Positions 48,990-58,732 of a stretch of DNA of 64,000 nucleotides are shown one piece after another. How positions within the stretch are numbered: the first letter of the stretch is position 1; each line of letters opens with the position of its first letter. A model generated the notes under the pieces. That model saw only the letters and a program-made list of their open reading frames with translations, had not been told where the DNA came from and searched no databases. This DNA comes from a virus. The stretch covers positions 1 to 64,000 of IMG/VR virus record IMGVR_UViG_3300032311_001249, one strand, 5' to 3'. Position numbers and translations under genes: made by a program.

Positions 48990-48993
48990 TCAT

Positions 48994-49022
48994 ATTATAA
49001 CATATGTGGTATTAAATTTCAA
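48994..49022 (-). promoter_or_regulatory. Sigma70-type promoter with extended -10
   Basis: TTGAAA-17-(TGT)TATAAT directly upstream of uvsX. Confidence 0.75.
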
Positions 49023-49023
49023 C

Positions 49024-49056
49024 AAAAAAGGAGACCTTTTTTTGGTCTCCTTTTTT
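49024..49056 (-). terminator. Intrinsic terminator
   Basis: AAAAAAGGAGACC-TTTTTTT-GGTCTCCTTTTTT. Confidence 0.85.
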
Positions 49057-49075
49057 CATTCATTTTAATAAAAAA

Positions 49076-49318
49076 TCAACAACTTGAACTTGTGCAACAA
49101 CCTGAATTTTCACAAGAAGCAGGTTCTGAAATTAGATTACTTTTAAATAAAACTTTTTGTGTCTTTTTCTTTTGTTTGTTATATTCTTTTATAAATTGAG
49201 AAATTTGAACATCACCCCACTGAAATACATTTTTCAAGATGAATTTTTTTGGCAAATAATTCCAATCTTCCATCAAATAATTTAAAGAATATAGAATATC
49301 TTTTGTGTTTTGTTCCAT
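49076..49318 (-). CDS. Small protein with Cys-rich C-terminal tail
   Basis: Ends ASCENSGCCTSSSC. Confidence 0.5.
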   Translation of the reverse strand: MEQNTKDILYSLNYLMEDWNYLPKKFILKNVFQWGDVQISQFIKEYNKQKKKTQKVLFKSNLISEPASCENSGCCTSSSC

Positions 49319-49320
49319 AA

Positions 49321-49707
49321 TTAGAATAATTTTATAATATTATCTTCTGGTTTAACAGATTGGTCTGATTGTTTGGTGTTGTTGTTTGTATTCACTGAAT
49401 TTACTAAATTCAAATAATTTGATATAACATTTTCTGCTAATTGCAGATCATATTTTAAAAGAGAGCTTTTCTCGAATGTGTAAATTATATCTTCTTGAGG
49501 ATTTTGTAAGAGATTTCTGATGTTAACAGCAGGTTGAATACTCAACATTTCTATGGGAATAAAATTTATATTGACTTGGTTGTTTTGACCTGATATTCCT
49601 AAAAATGCTGGTGCTTTAATTTTAATTGCTGTATCATTTTCTTCAACTAATATTGCTACTAGTAATTCACTGATATTCTTTAATATTCCTATTACTTTTT
49701 GTTCCAT
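49321..49707 (-). CDS. Sm-like hypothetical protein
   Basis: Beta-rich N-terminus (E.LVA.L..E....IK.KAP), disordered tail ending IIKLF. Confidence 0.5.
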   Translation of the reverse strand: MEQKVIGILKNISELLVAILVEENDTAIKIKAPAFLGISGQNNQVNINFIPIEMLSIQPAVNIRNLLQNPQEDIIYTFEKSSLLKYDLQLAENVISNYLNLVNSVNTNNNTKQSDQSVKPEDNIIKLF

Positions 49708-49737
49708 ATTACTATTAATACAGTTGAATATGCATAT

Positions 49738-50031
49738 TCAACTGTATTTTTGATTTTTAAGTTTTCCTTGCTCTTTTCTTTCTAAAAGAGCATAATTAGA
49801 CAAACTATTCATATTAAAATACTTTAACATGTCGTTATATTGATTTTGTAATCGTGAGTAATTATTAATAAATTCGCTCTCTTCGTATTCTAATAAACGA
49901 TATAATTCATTTTTAGAAATCCATAAATTATCAAAATAATCTTTTCTGATCTGTTCTACATCTCTATCATTAAAAATGATGTTGTATATTCTTTTTGCTT
50001 TAATTAAAAAAGTCTTCCACTGAAAATTCAT
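49738..50031 (-). CDS. Hypothetical protein
   Basis: Probable start MNFQWK overlapping the gp43 3' end. Confidence 0.4.
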   Translation of the reverse strand: MNFQWKTFLIKAKRIYNIIFNDRDVEQIRKDYFDNLWISKNELYRLLEYEESEFINNYSRLQNQYNDMLKYFNMNSLSNYALLERKEQGKLKNQKYS

Positions 50032-52576
50032 ATTGTTTTTTTGGGTTAGGTACATTCCATTTCAAAGCTTCAAAAATAGGAGTTAAACATTTAATAACGC
50101 ATTTTTCAAACATGGTTTCTTTATCAATTTGTAAATCAAATTCAACTGGAAAATTGTCTGTATAAGCTATTCCATCAATATTATATTTATTGTGTTTTAC
50201 ATACACCAACTTGATTTTTTTACCCTCTTCTATAAGAGGATATTTATTTTCTAAACCTAGTCTTTTGATCATTTCATTATAATATACACTCCATTTTACA
50301 TGTCTAGGACAACCCTTTTCTGTATTAAAACCAGTGGATTTATAATCTTTTAACACTTTGATGTTTGATCTTACAGCTATATCATTGATTGGCATGTTGA
50401 AAAAATCATCATAAGATTTAAAAAATTTTTCATCAGCTTTGTGCTTGTCAACAGAATCAAAAATACCTTTTACGATGTTTTTTATAATATCTTTGGTGTT
50501 ATCTGAAAAAGTGGATTTAACAACACTTAGACCTTTGTACTTCATTTTATCCATCTTAACACCCTCTGAATTTTTTATATTCATAATATAGTGTTTTTTA
50601 CCAACCCAAATTGCTTTGGGACAAGCACTTTCTCTTTTGAATTCAAATCTACAATCAATTGTATTAAAGGTTTCTATTGCCCACTCAACAACACCTTTAT
50701 TTAAGTTTTCAGAAATTTTTTGTTCTATCTCTTCAAATTCTTTGGTTAAATCACCGTTCTCATCAACTATGGTTGAATTTAGTTTTTTAAGAATATCATC
50801 TATGGATAATATGGCACTGTCCGTATCTTCTGCAATCACTCTGTCTTTCTCTGGTAGATTCCATTCATCTCTCATGTATTGATTGGCAATCTTGTCACTT
50901 TCTCTAATTAGTGCTTGTCCTGTAAGAGTGATGCTCTTGGCACAATCCAAATCATATAAAGCAAAAAATCTATTTGCAAGAACACCATAAGTGCTGTTCA
51001 AAAGAATTTTATACAGATATTGTTCTGTATCCAACTGACTTGCCAGCATTTTTTTACTAGAATACTCATCAGACTGTGGAGAAAGATTTGTTAATTCGTT
51101 CTCTATAGAAAGCATTTGTTTTTTAACCTTTTTTCTTTTTTGATATAAGTCGTCAACGAATTCGCTGCACAAGCCTTTGGTATTTTGATCAAAGATAATT
51201 CCAGCAGCACTCACGCACCAATTTTTTTGTTTTAGAATTTCTTTGAATCTGTTCTTAGGAATATCAATCATCATTTTCTTTTTGAAATGATAGATGGTGG
51301 TAATATCATTAGTTTCATTAGCTATTTTGGCTACTTTTGTCTCTGGACTGATATTAAGAGTAATGATGGTGTTGGGATACAAGCTGTTCAAGTCCATAAC
51401 CATCACATTCTCGTATAAACCCGGTTCAGGGTCTTTCACAAACCCTCCCGGTATTTTAGTTTTATCGCCATCATCTTGAGTTGTGATGATTCTGTTTTGT
51501 AGCATTGCTTGTTTAGCAATAATACCATTAATAATTGCCACTTTACCAAGAGCTTTATCAATATTACAAAATCCACTAAATGCACTAAATTTAGCAACAT
51601 CTAGATATTTTCTTTTCTTTTCCAAATCAACCAGCAACTTAACGTCCCATATATTGTAATTTATAAAACGATTCCATTCTTTTTTAGCAAGATCAAGAAG
51701 AGATGTGTCTCCGTATTCTAATTTACCATATCCTAGTTCTTCATTACAAACAAAATCCAAACTATCGCTCTCTCTTTCACCGGGAGTAAATGTTTTATAT
51801 AAAACCATGTAATCCAAGTGAGATATTCCTCCTATATTATATTCTGTATAAGTCTGAGAAAATTTATTCTCTTTCTCATGACCATTTATATAATCCACAG
51901 GACTAAGAACTGATGATTTACCTTCTCCAAACACCTTTTCTATTCTATGAACAATATAAGGCAAGTCGAAAGAATAAGAGTTGTATCCAACTAATAAATC
52001 TGGAAAATTAGCTCTCCAGTATCTTATGAATTTTTTAAGTAAATCCTTTTCGGACAAACAAAAAGTATATACTATTTCTTCTGGTTCTATGTCTTTTAAA
52101 TGATCTTTACAAGAATAGAAATCGTACTTCTTACAGCCCCACACAAAATACTTTTTAGCAAAACTATCATATATAGTTATACTGGTTATTTCAAATTTGG
52201 CTTCTTTAGCATCAGGAAATTCATCAGCAATAACTTCTATGTCATAGTAAAAGATTCTAAGAGGCTGACTAGACAGTTCTGTTATATTCTTATCATAATA
52301 CTTCTCCAGTAAATATTGCTGTGTTGCTGGTAAATTGAAATATTTTTCTCCTTTATATTTTTTAAGAAATTCGTTTCTGTCCCACTCTGTTGTAAACTCT
52401 TTTTTTGATAAAGAAACTCCATCAATCCCAATTGCATCACATCTTTTCTTATCAGGAGAAGAGATGTACAAGTAAGGTCTAAATACCTCTTTCTTGTACA
52501 TTCCTTGCCCGTTTTCATCATAAGTCCAGTGATGAATAGTGGAACGCTTTTTATCGTAGAATATATTTCTTAACAT
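50000..52576 (-). CDS. 43: Family B DNA polymerase gp43
   Basis: Exo DIE, YN.YSFD, YNIWDV; pol DLNSLYP, KILLNSTYG, DTDS. Start MLRNI at 52576. Confidence 0.98.
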   Translation of the reverse strand: MLRNIFYDKKRSTIHHWTYDENGQGMYKKEVFRPYLYISSPDKKRCDAIGIDGVSLSKKEFTTEWDRNEFLKKYKGEKYFNLPATQQYLLEKYYDKNITELSSQPLRIFYYDIEVIADEFPDAKEAKFEITSITIYDSFAKKYFVWGCKKYDFYSCKDHLKDIEPEEIVYTFCLSEKDLLKKFIRYWRANFPDLLVGYNSYSFDLPYIVHRIEKVFGEGKSSVLSPVDYINGHEKENKFSQTYTEYNIGGISHLDYMVLYKTFTPGERESDSLDFVCNEELGYGKLEYGDTSLLDLAKKEWNRFINYNIWDVKLLVDLEKKRKYLDVAKFSAFSGFCNIDKALGKVAIINGIIAKQAMLQNRIITTQDDGDKTKIPGGFVKDPEPGLYENVMVMDLNSLYPNTIITLNISPETKVAKIANETNDITTIYHFKKKMMIDIPKNRFKEILKQKNWCVSAAGIIFDQNTKGLCSEFVDDLYQKRKKVKKQMLSIENELTNLSPQSDEYSSKKMLASQLDTEQYLYKILLNSTYGVLANRFFALYDLDCAKSITLTGQALIRESDKIANQYMRDEWNLPEKDRVIAEDTDSAILSIDDILKKLNSTIVDENGDLTKEFEEIEQKISENLNKGVVEWAIETFNTIDCRFEFKRESACPKAIWVGKKHYIMNIKNSEGVKMDKMKYKGLSVVKSTFSDNTKDIIKNIVKGIFDSVDKHKADEKFFKSYDDFFNMPINDIAVRSNIKVLKDYKSTGFNTEKGCPRHVKWSVYYNEMIKRLGLENKYPLIEEGKKIKLVYVKHNKYNIDGIAYTDNFPVEFDLQIDKETMFEKCVIKCLTPIFEALKWNVPNPKKQYEFSVEDFFN

Positions 52577-52583
52577 AGACTGC

Positions 52584-52612
52584 AATATAGGCAAATTCCA
52601 TGATGTTTGCAA
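52584..52612 (-). promoter_or_regulatory. Sigma70-like promoter for gp43
   Basis: TTGCAA-17-TATATT, 7 nt before ATG. Confidence 0.6.
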
Positions 52613-52620
52613 CAATTAAC

Positions 52621-53970
52621 TTATACAAATTGAGAAAGATTGTTTTTATAGAAATATTTGTTTTCTTTTCTTTTTTCACTACCATATTCTGTAGTGTAGA
52701 TTAGCATATGCTCTTCCAAATGATCTTGTAAAATATATTCGCTAGCATATGATCTGACATATTTGGCAGCATTCATATAAGAGTTTTCGTCTTTTAATAA
52801 ATCGTCCATCATTTTGAACATTTGTTCTGATGTATCAAACAGATATTTCCAACCATTAAAATTATAACAATCTAAATTTTGAGCAACACAAGGGATACCT
52901 TGCATGCCAGCTTCTGTTAGTTTTATATTAGCTTTTGATCTAGAGAAATTGTTATCTTGTAAAGGTGCTATGCATAAATCAACATCAAGAGATTTTAATT
53001 TTTCTGTATAGTCTGTGATAGCAGCCCAATCATGAAACTCTATACCTTTGTTTATGTATTCTCTTAAACGCATTGGTAATGCACCAAAAAATACCCATTC
53101 ATATTTTTTGTCTATGGTTATATCTTTTATTATAGAATCCACTACATGACCGAAATCATCTTTTTGACCAACCTTGTTGGTTACATCAAAGTGTGTTCCG
53201 CTACCAGCATATAAAATTCTTGGTTTTGTTTTATGCTTTTTGTATTTTTGTCTGATTTTATCTTCATCAAAACCTTTATCAAACCAATTTTTAGGAGCAT
53301 AGTTAGGAATAACAGAAATCTTGTCAAAATTCAACCATTTCTTGTAGTGATTTTTCATGTATTCAGAAACAACGGTCATTTCATCAACATATTTCATCAT
53401 TTCTCTAACAGTGTTTAATACTGTATCTCCTTCAAAAGCACTCTTACAAACATTGTAGTCTGGAATATCTTGTGATGGGCAAACCACATCATCAACTTCC
53501 CAAATAATTCTAAATCCTTTACCAGTATCTTTTTTGATTTGATCCGATATGTTTCTTAGAAATTTTATAAACTCAAGTTGAGGTGCAGTGCATTGTCTTT
53601 GTAGTTTAACAGCATCAATACCCAGATAGAATTGGCCTATAGTGACCATCTGATACAGAGTCATTACAACAGCCTTGTTGTGAGCTAAAAGCTCTTCTGA
53701 GGGCCAAAGCATGCGCCAAAAGGCACAACCACTCTGGTCAGCACAATAGTTTATTATTCTGGGCAATCCTTCTCCCGGAACTGGTATTTTCACATTAGAA
53801 TCTGGGGAGTATTTTATTAATTTAGAGTTTTTGTCTCCAAAGATTGATGGACCGAACTTTTTGAAAAATGGAAAACTTAAATTAGAATATTCGTTATAAG
53901 AAATCTGATTTTTCTGTGTTGGTTTTATATTAGGAACTTTAGAATTAGAACTAGAGACTATTGTTGGCAT
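52621..53970 (-). CDS. GT-B glycosyltransferase (GT4-like)
   Basis: SGC..WRM..P, EVDD, ILYAGS..H, IAPL..N.F...KANIKL.EAG..GIP.V. Confidence 0.85.
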   Translation of the reverse strand: MPTIVSSSNSKVPNIKPTQKNQISYNEYSNLSFPFFKKFGPSIFGDKNSKLIKYSPDSNVKIPVPGEGLPRIINYCADQSGCAFWRMLWPSEELLAHNKAVVMTLYQMVTIGQFYLGIDAVKLQRQCTAPQLEFIKFLRNISDQIKKDTGKGFRIIWEVDDVVCPSQDIPDYNVCKSAFEGDTVLNTVREMMKYVDEMTVVSEYMKNHYKKWLNFDKISVIPNYAPKNWFDKGFDEDKIRQKYKKHKTKPRILYAGSGTHFDVTNKVGQKDDFGHVVDSIIKDITIDKKYEWVFFGALPMRLREYINKGIEFHDWAAITDYTEKLKSLDVDLCIAPLQDNNFSRSKANIKLTEAGMQGIPCVAQNLDCYNFNGWKYLFDTSEQMFKMMDDLLKDENSYMNAAKYVRSYASEYILQDHLEEHMLIYTTEYGSEKRKENKYFYKNNLSQFV

Positions 53971-53991
53971 AATTTTATTTAAGAGTCATTT

Positions 53992-55731
53992 CTAAAAATT
54001 CAATCTTGTTATTTTATTTTCTTTTATCAAATCTATGGTTCTACAGTTATAAGCTTCTACGTTGTGACTACGATGAGTCACTATCATATAACACTCATCT
54101 TGATTTTCTTGTAATAAATCTATTATATTCTGCATTCCGCTGCCACATAATGCACTATCAAAAAGTTCATCCATAACAGTTATGTTTATATTAACTCCAC
54201 TTTGTATTCTTCTTATATCTCTGAATGAAAACAACATGGCAAAATCTACTCTTTTCTGCTCTCCTCCAGAAAGACTACCATAAGAATATTCTTGATCATC
54301 TATGCTTTTGAATTTCTCTTCAAAAAATTCATCAAAATAAACTCTAAATGGAGAATGTAATCTTATCAAATAATGATTTATTCTATTATTAAGAGAGTCT
54401 ATGATCTTTTTAATCATGATGCTTTTTATTCCTGTTGGACTAGTGGCTTCTTTGACTATTTCTGCTAGTCTGCTTTTTTCTGATGCGCTAGAAAATTCAT
54501 TCTGACATTCTTTTATTTTCTCAGCAATTAATTTTATTTTTTCTGAAAAAGGATTTTCTTGATTTTTAGCTTTGTCCAAAGATTGTTGTAAAGATTCTAT
54601 CTCTAATTTACTCTTTATAAATTTCTCTTTTTCAACGACCATATTTTTTAAATCATTCTCTATATTTCTAACAGAATTTCTGTAGTCTAGCACTTCGTTG
54701 GTCACTTTGTTTATTGCAAGTTGTAATTTATCTATTTTGGTCTGAACATCATTTATCTTGATTTTTAAATCATTTTTTTCATCTTCTATTTGTTGTTTAT
54801 TGTGTTGCTCAAATGGTCTCTTACAAGAAGGACATTCCAACAGAGTTCCAGAAAGAGCAGACAAGTTTTTTTTCAACTGATTTTGTTCAGCTTGAATTTC
54901 TAATTTCTTTTTTATTCCAGCATTTATCTTGGTTTCCTTCTCTTGTATTATTTGTAGAATTTCTGTTTTTTTATTCTCAAGGTCGATCATTTTTTGAGAA
55001 TTATCAACTGGCTGAACATTCTGACAGTTGGTTATTTTTGCTTGCAATGTATTTATTTCTTCTCTTTTTTTAGCATCAAAGTTGTCATGATAAATCTTGT
55101 CATTCTCATAATCTCTTTGTCTAATAGTTAATTCTTGATATTTTTTGCTTTTAACATCTTCTATGTTTTTGTATTCTTCTTTGCTTAATCTGTTCCATTC
55201 TGTGAAAAATTCCAAGCCAAGAATACCTTCTATAAACTTGGTTTTCATTTCTTTTTTCTGATTTAAGAAATTCATAGAATCCTTGTTGGTCATTACTATG
55301 GTATTGGTAAACATGGTTTTTGATATACCAATTCTATCAATAATATCTTTTGTTGTTTCTGGTATGCTTTTTGTGAAATTATCACTGTCTCCATTAACAC
55401 TCAAAATTAATTTTTTAGGACTCAGACTTCTGACTATGTGTAATTCATCATCATTAACTTTTAACCATCCTTCTACTATACAAGTTTTGCCGCCATATTT
55501 ATTAGGAATTAAACTCTGGTTTATATCTCTATAAGTTTCTCCGAAAAGAAGAAAGGATAATGATTCTACTATAAGGCTTGTTTTACCAACGCCATTATAA
55601 GAATCATTATCCTTATTGTATCCTGTTACAAAAGTGATGCCTTTTTGAAATTGTATTTCTATAGGATCATCTCCATAAGAGAGGAAATTACGAACTTTTA
55701 TTTTTTTAAATTCTACTGTTTTTGAACTCAC
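53992..55731 (-). CDS. 46: Rad50/SbcC-like recombination ATPase gp46
   Basis: NFLSYG, NGVGKT, CPSC zinc hook, LSGGE, MDELFD, VTH. Confidence 0.95.
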   Translation of the reverse strand: MSSKTVEFKKIKVRNFLSYGDDPIEIQFQKGITFVTGYNKDNDSYNGVGKTSLIVESLSFLLFGETYRDINQSLIPNKYGGKTCIVEGWLKVNDDELHIVRSLSPKKLILSVNGDSDNFTKSIPETTKDIIDRIGISKTMFTNTIVMTNKDSMNFLNQKKEMKTKFIEGILGLEFFTEWNRLSKEEYKNIEDVKSKKYQELTIRQRDYENDKIYHDNFDAKKREEINTLQAKITNCQNVQPVDNSQKMIDLENKKTEILQIIQEKETKINAGIKKKLEIQAEQNQLKKNLSALSGTLLECPSCKRPFEQHNKQQIEDEKNDLKIKINDVQTKIDKLQLAINKVTNEVLDYRNSVRNIENDLKNMVVEKEKFIKSKLEIESLQQSLDKAKNQENPFSEKIKLIAEKIKECQNEFSSASEKSRLAEIVKEATSPTGIKSIMIKKIIDSLNNRINHYLIRLHSPFRVYFDEFFEEKFKSIDDQEYSYGSLSGGEQKRVDFAMLFSFRDIRRIQSGVNINITVMDELFDSALCGSGMQNIIDLLQENQDECYMIVTHRSHNVEAYNCRTIDLIKENKITRLNF

Positions 55732-55755
55732 AGTATAATTTACATCATTAAATCA

Positions 55756-55965
55756 TTATTTCAACGAATCTTGTACTGTTTTTAGTTGTTCTTGTGTTAT
55801 TTCATTGTTCATAAATTTTTTCAGGGCTTCTGAAAGAATTGAGAATTTTTGAGCTTCCACTTGAGATGCTGATTGTTGTTCTGCTGGTGAATGCTGTTGA
55901 TACTGGCTTGTTCCAAGATGATCACCGGGTCTTGTTATGCCAAAGGCTTTTGCTGTTGTCATCAT
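55756..55965 (-). CDS. Small hypothetical protein
   Basis: Probable start MMTTAK downstream of TAAATA. Confidence 0.4.
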   Translation of the reverse strand: MMTTAKAFGITRPGDHLGTSQYQQHSPAEQQSASQVEAQKFSILSEALKKFMNNEITQEQLKTVQDSLK

Positions 55966-55997
55966 AATAAAGTTATTTAAAAGAAAAAAACAAAATT

Positions 55998-56585
55998 TCA
56001 ATCTATTATTTTACACATCTCATAACTTTCCATATTTTCTATTGCTGTGCGTTTGATGTAATATGTTTCTTTATATTTTTTTATAAAATTTTGAAGATCA
56101 TTATTAGTAGTATTAAATTTATTATTGGTGTCGTCATTTTCATGAGGCCAATATTCAAAGATTATTTTTCGAATATTGTATTTATTTAATTCTAAACTAT
56201 TTAAAATTCTTAAATCTAAACCTTCACAATCTAAATATAAAATTTCTATTTCCGTAATATTTTTGTCTATCAAATACTTTTCTAATTTACAACTTTTACA
56301 TGTAATAACAGAACTATAATTTAATGTTCGTCTGTTCATAAGAGATGAGTGACCATGTGAATCAAAAATATATAATTGTATTTCTTTATCTTCTGTATCG
56401 GTTATAGCAATATTATCTATGATTATGTTTTTATTTTGAATTTCTGAATAATTTTTACTAAGTTCATCTATTAAAAAATGATTAGCTTCTATCAGAAATA
56501 TATTAGCTTTATCTTTAATATCTGAGATTATTTGTTTAAAATAATCATTTCCTACGTTTGCTCCTATTTGAATATAATTTTTCAT
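55998..56585 (-). CDS. FkbM-family methyltransferase
   Basis: IQIGANVG, IEAN, AI, LDCEGLD..IL, IIFE. Confidence 0.85.
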   Translation of the reverse strand: MKNYIQIGANVGNDYFKQIISDIKDKANIFLIEANHFLIDELSKNYSEIQNKNIIIDNIAITDTEDKEIQLYIFDSHGHSSLMNRRTLNYSSVITCKSCKLEKYLIDKNITEIEILYLDCEGLDLRILNSLELNKYNIRKIIFEYWPHENDDTNNKFNTTNNDLQNFIKKYKETYYIKRTAIENMESYEMCKIID

Positions 56586-56650
56586 AAATTGAATGTATAA
56601 TAATATTTATTGTGATATTTTTATATACTCAAATACACAAACTAAACATC

Positions 56651-57346
56651 TCATATATTTATTAATTTATTATCATTTAGTTCACCTGAAAGATCACCGT
56701 TATTTCGCAATAATACAAATTCCATTTTTGATCTAGAAATATTCAAATTTTTATATAAGATACAAAATTTCAAAAATGTTTCATAATGAAATCTTCCGCC
56801 CAAATCAATGTAATAATCAAGTAGGTCTAATCTATTACACAAAAAATTCATATTTTCTGAGTTAGAAAAATAAAAACGATCATTATAACCATGATGATCA
56901 TCGTGATCTGTAGTATAAACATAATTTTTCATATTCCAATTTTCTATAGTTTTCTCTAAACTTGTATTATTGACTACGAGAATATCCGGTCTTATTCTTA
57001 CAACTATATCATATTCAAAATTATTTTTATTTTCATATTTATATTTAAGTTCGTTGCATTTTTTTAAACAATATAATTGTCTTAATAAACCTTGAACAGA
57101 CACTTCTTGTCTTTTAGTTTGGCTGTATCTCGGATGTTCTGTTACACATATACGATCTTCTATTAAAACATCTTTTATATGTGCATCGTTTTCTAAATAA
57201 TGTAATTTATGTATATCTGGATCATCGTTCCAAGTATAATAAAAAATATCATAGTCTGTAAACATATTTAAGACTTTTTCTTTTAGTATAAAAAAAATTT
57301 TATCTATACTTCTCAATTCACCAGAAAAACAAAATGCTGTTTTCAC
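56651..57346 (-). CDS. Glycosyltransferase-like protein
   Basis: TAFCFSGELR, YDIVVRIRPD, NDRF. GTG start overlapping the upstream TGA. Confidence 0.6.
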   Translation of the reverse strand: MKTAFCFSGELRSIDKIFFILKEKVLNMFTDYDIFYYTWNDDPDIHKLHYLENDAHIKDVLIEDRICVTEHPRYSQTKRQEVSVQGLLRQLYCLKKCNELKYKYENKNNFEYDIVVRIRPDILVVNNTSLEKTIENWNMKNYVYTTDHDDHHGYNDRFYFSNSENMNFLCNRLDLLDYYIDLGGRFHYETFLKFCILYKNLNISRSKMEFVLLRNNGDLSGELNDNKLINI

Positions 57347-57960
57347 GATTTTAAATAAAATCCATCCCCCCAAGTTCCTCCTTCCCAATTAGATTCGACC
57401 CTATAAAACCCATAGTTTTGTAAAAAATCGTCTAATTCTTCAACCATACAACATCCTTCGTACAACTCTTTATTATTTATTTCAGCTATAATATACTGTA
57501 TATTGTTTAATGTTTTTTTTGCTCCTTTTAAAACTTCTAATTCATATCCTTGAACATCAATAGATATAAAATTATAGCTAATGTCGAAACAGAAACTATC
57601 CATAGTTTCGACATTAACATCAACCATATGTTCAAATTGTATATGAGGATATTGTTCTGTATGTAATTTAGGTTTTAATAAAGAATTGCTCTGTCCTTGA
57701 TTTGCATTTTCTACAAACATAGGTATAATTTTTTTTTCAGAACCTAAAGCTATATTATGATAATTGATATTTTTGAAATTGTTTGTATTTTGTTTTAAGA
57801 TATTGAATGTGAACGGATGAGGTTCAAAAATATCAATCACGCATTCTGGATTTATGTCTTTATATAATTTTATTTCTTGTCCAAAATGACCACCTACATG
57901 AATTATATTTTTTATATTCATGTTATATTTTTTAATTAAAGATTTTAAATCAAACAGCAT
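57343..57960 (-). CDS. FkbM-family methyltransferase
   Basis: IHVGGH.GQE, FEP, ALG, IDVQGYELEVLKGA, WGD. Confidence 0.9.
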   Translation of the reverse strand: MLFDLKSLIKKYNMNIKNIIHVGGHFGQEIKLYKDINPECVIDIFEPHPFTFNILKQNTNNFKNINYHNIALGSEKKIIPMFVENANQGQSNSLLKPKLHTEQYPHIQFEHMVDVNVETMDSFCFDISYNFISIDVQGYELEVLKGAKKTLNNIQYIIAEINNKELYEGCCMVEELDDFLQNYGFYRVESNWEGGTWGDGFYLKS

Positions 57961-57961
57961 A

Positions 57962-58699
57962 TTAAATTTCTATTTTTATCATATCATCTCTGTAAACATC
58001 AGAGACATCATAGCTAACATTAAACCATATATTAGGAGCTAGTGTAATTTTATTTTTACCTAAATAACTTCCCCACCAACCAAAAGAGCTATTAGAAATT
58101 ATAGCAAAATCAGATTGAGATATAGTTTTTAAATCTTGTAATTCATCAGATGAAACAAATTCATAATCTATATTATCTGGTATATATTTACTTGCATAAT
58201 GATAGTTATCTGAAACAATTTTAAATGATATATTTTCATTTATTGATAATACATAGTTTATTGCATTTTCAAAATATTTAGGAGTAATTATATTAAATGT
58301 ATTATTAAAAAGATAATCGCCCGTTCTTATTTGAATTACACAAACATTAGTAGGTTCATTACTACAATTAAATTCTAGTAAATTATTTATATCTTCTTTT
58401 TTATTCAAAAAATATTTTTCTGTTTGAAAAAATCCCTCTAATAATAAATCTTCTGAATATTCTATATCAGTATAATTGAATTGAGGTTCCTTGTAAAGAA
58501 CTTTTGATTCGTGATTAGTCTTCTGTATATTTTTAAATATAGAATCTATATAAGTGTTTATAGAATTCCCCTGTCCACGACCTCTATCTAAATTAGGATT
58601 TATTCCATATTCTCCGTTATTTTGTTTTGCCAAGTAATAACCAACTATCACTTGGAATAATTGATTTCCTAAACCTCCTTTATATATGCTTGTTATCAT
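57962..58699 (-). CDS. GT11 alpha-1,2-fucosyltransferase-like
   Basis: GGLGNQLFQ, GFFQ.EKYF, QIRTGDY, SNSSFGWWG.YL. Confidence 0.88.
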   Translation of the reverse strand: MITSIYKGGLGNQLFQVIVGYYLAKQNNGEYGINPNLDRGRGQGNSINTYIDSIFKNIQKTNHESKVLYKEPQFNYTDIEYSEDLLLEGFFQTEKYFLNKKEDINNLLEFNCSNEPTNVCVIQIRTGDYLFNNTFNIITPKYFENAINYVLSINENISFKIVSDNYHYASKYIPDNIDYEFVSSDELQDLKTISQSDFAIISNSSFGWWGSYLGKNKITLAPNIWFNVSYDVSDVYRDDMIKIEI

Positions 58700-58732
58700 A
58701 AGTTTTTATTTATATTGATATTTATATTTTTT

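Noticed and set aside
49076-49318. Portal gp20 C-terminal fragment
   Set aside because: Resemblance (Y.PKKFILKNVF...D..I) is too short to support.
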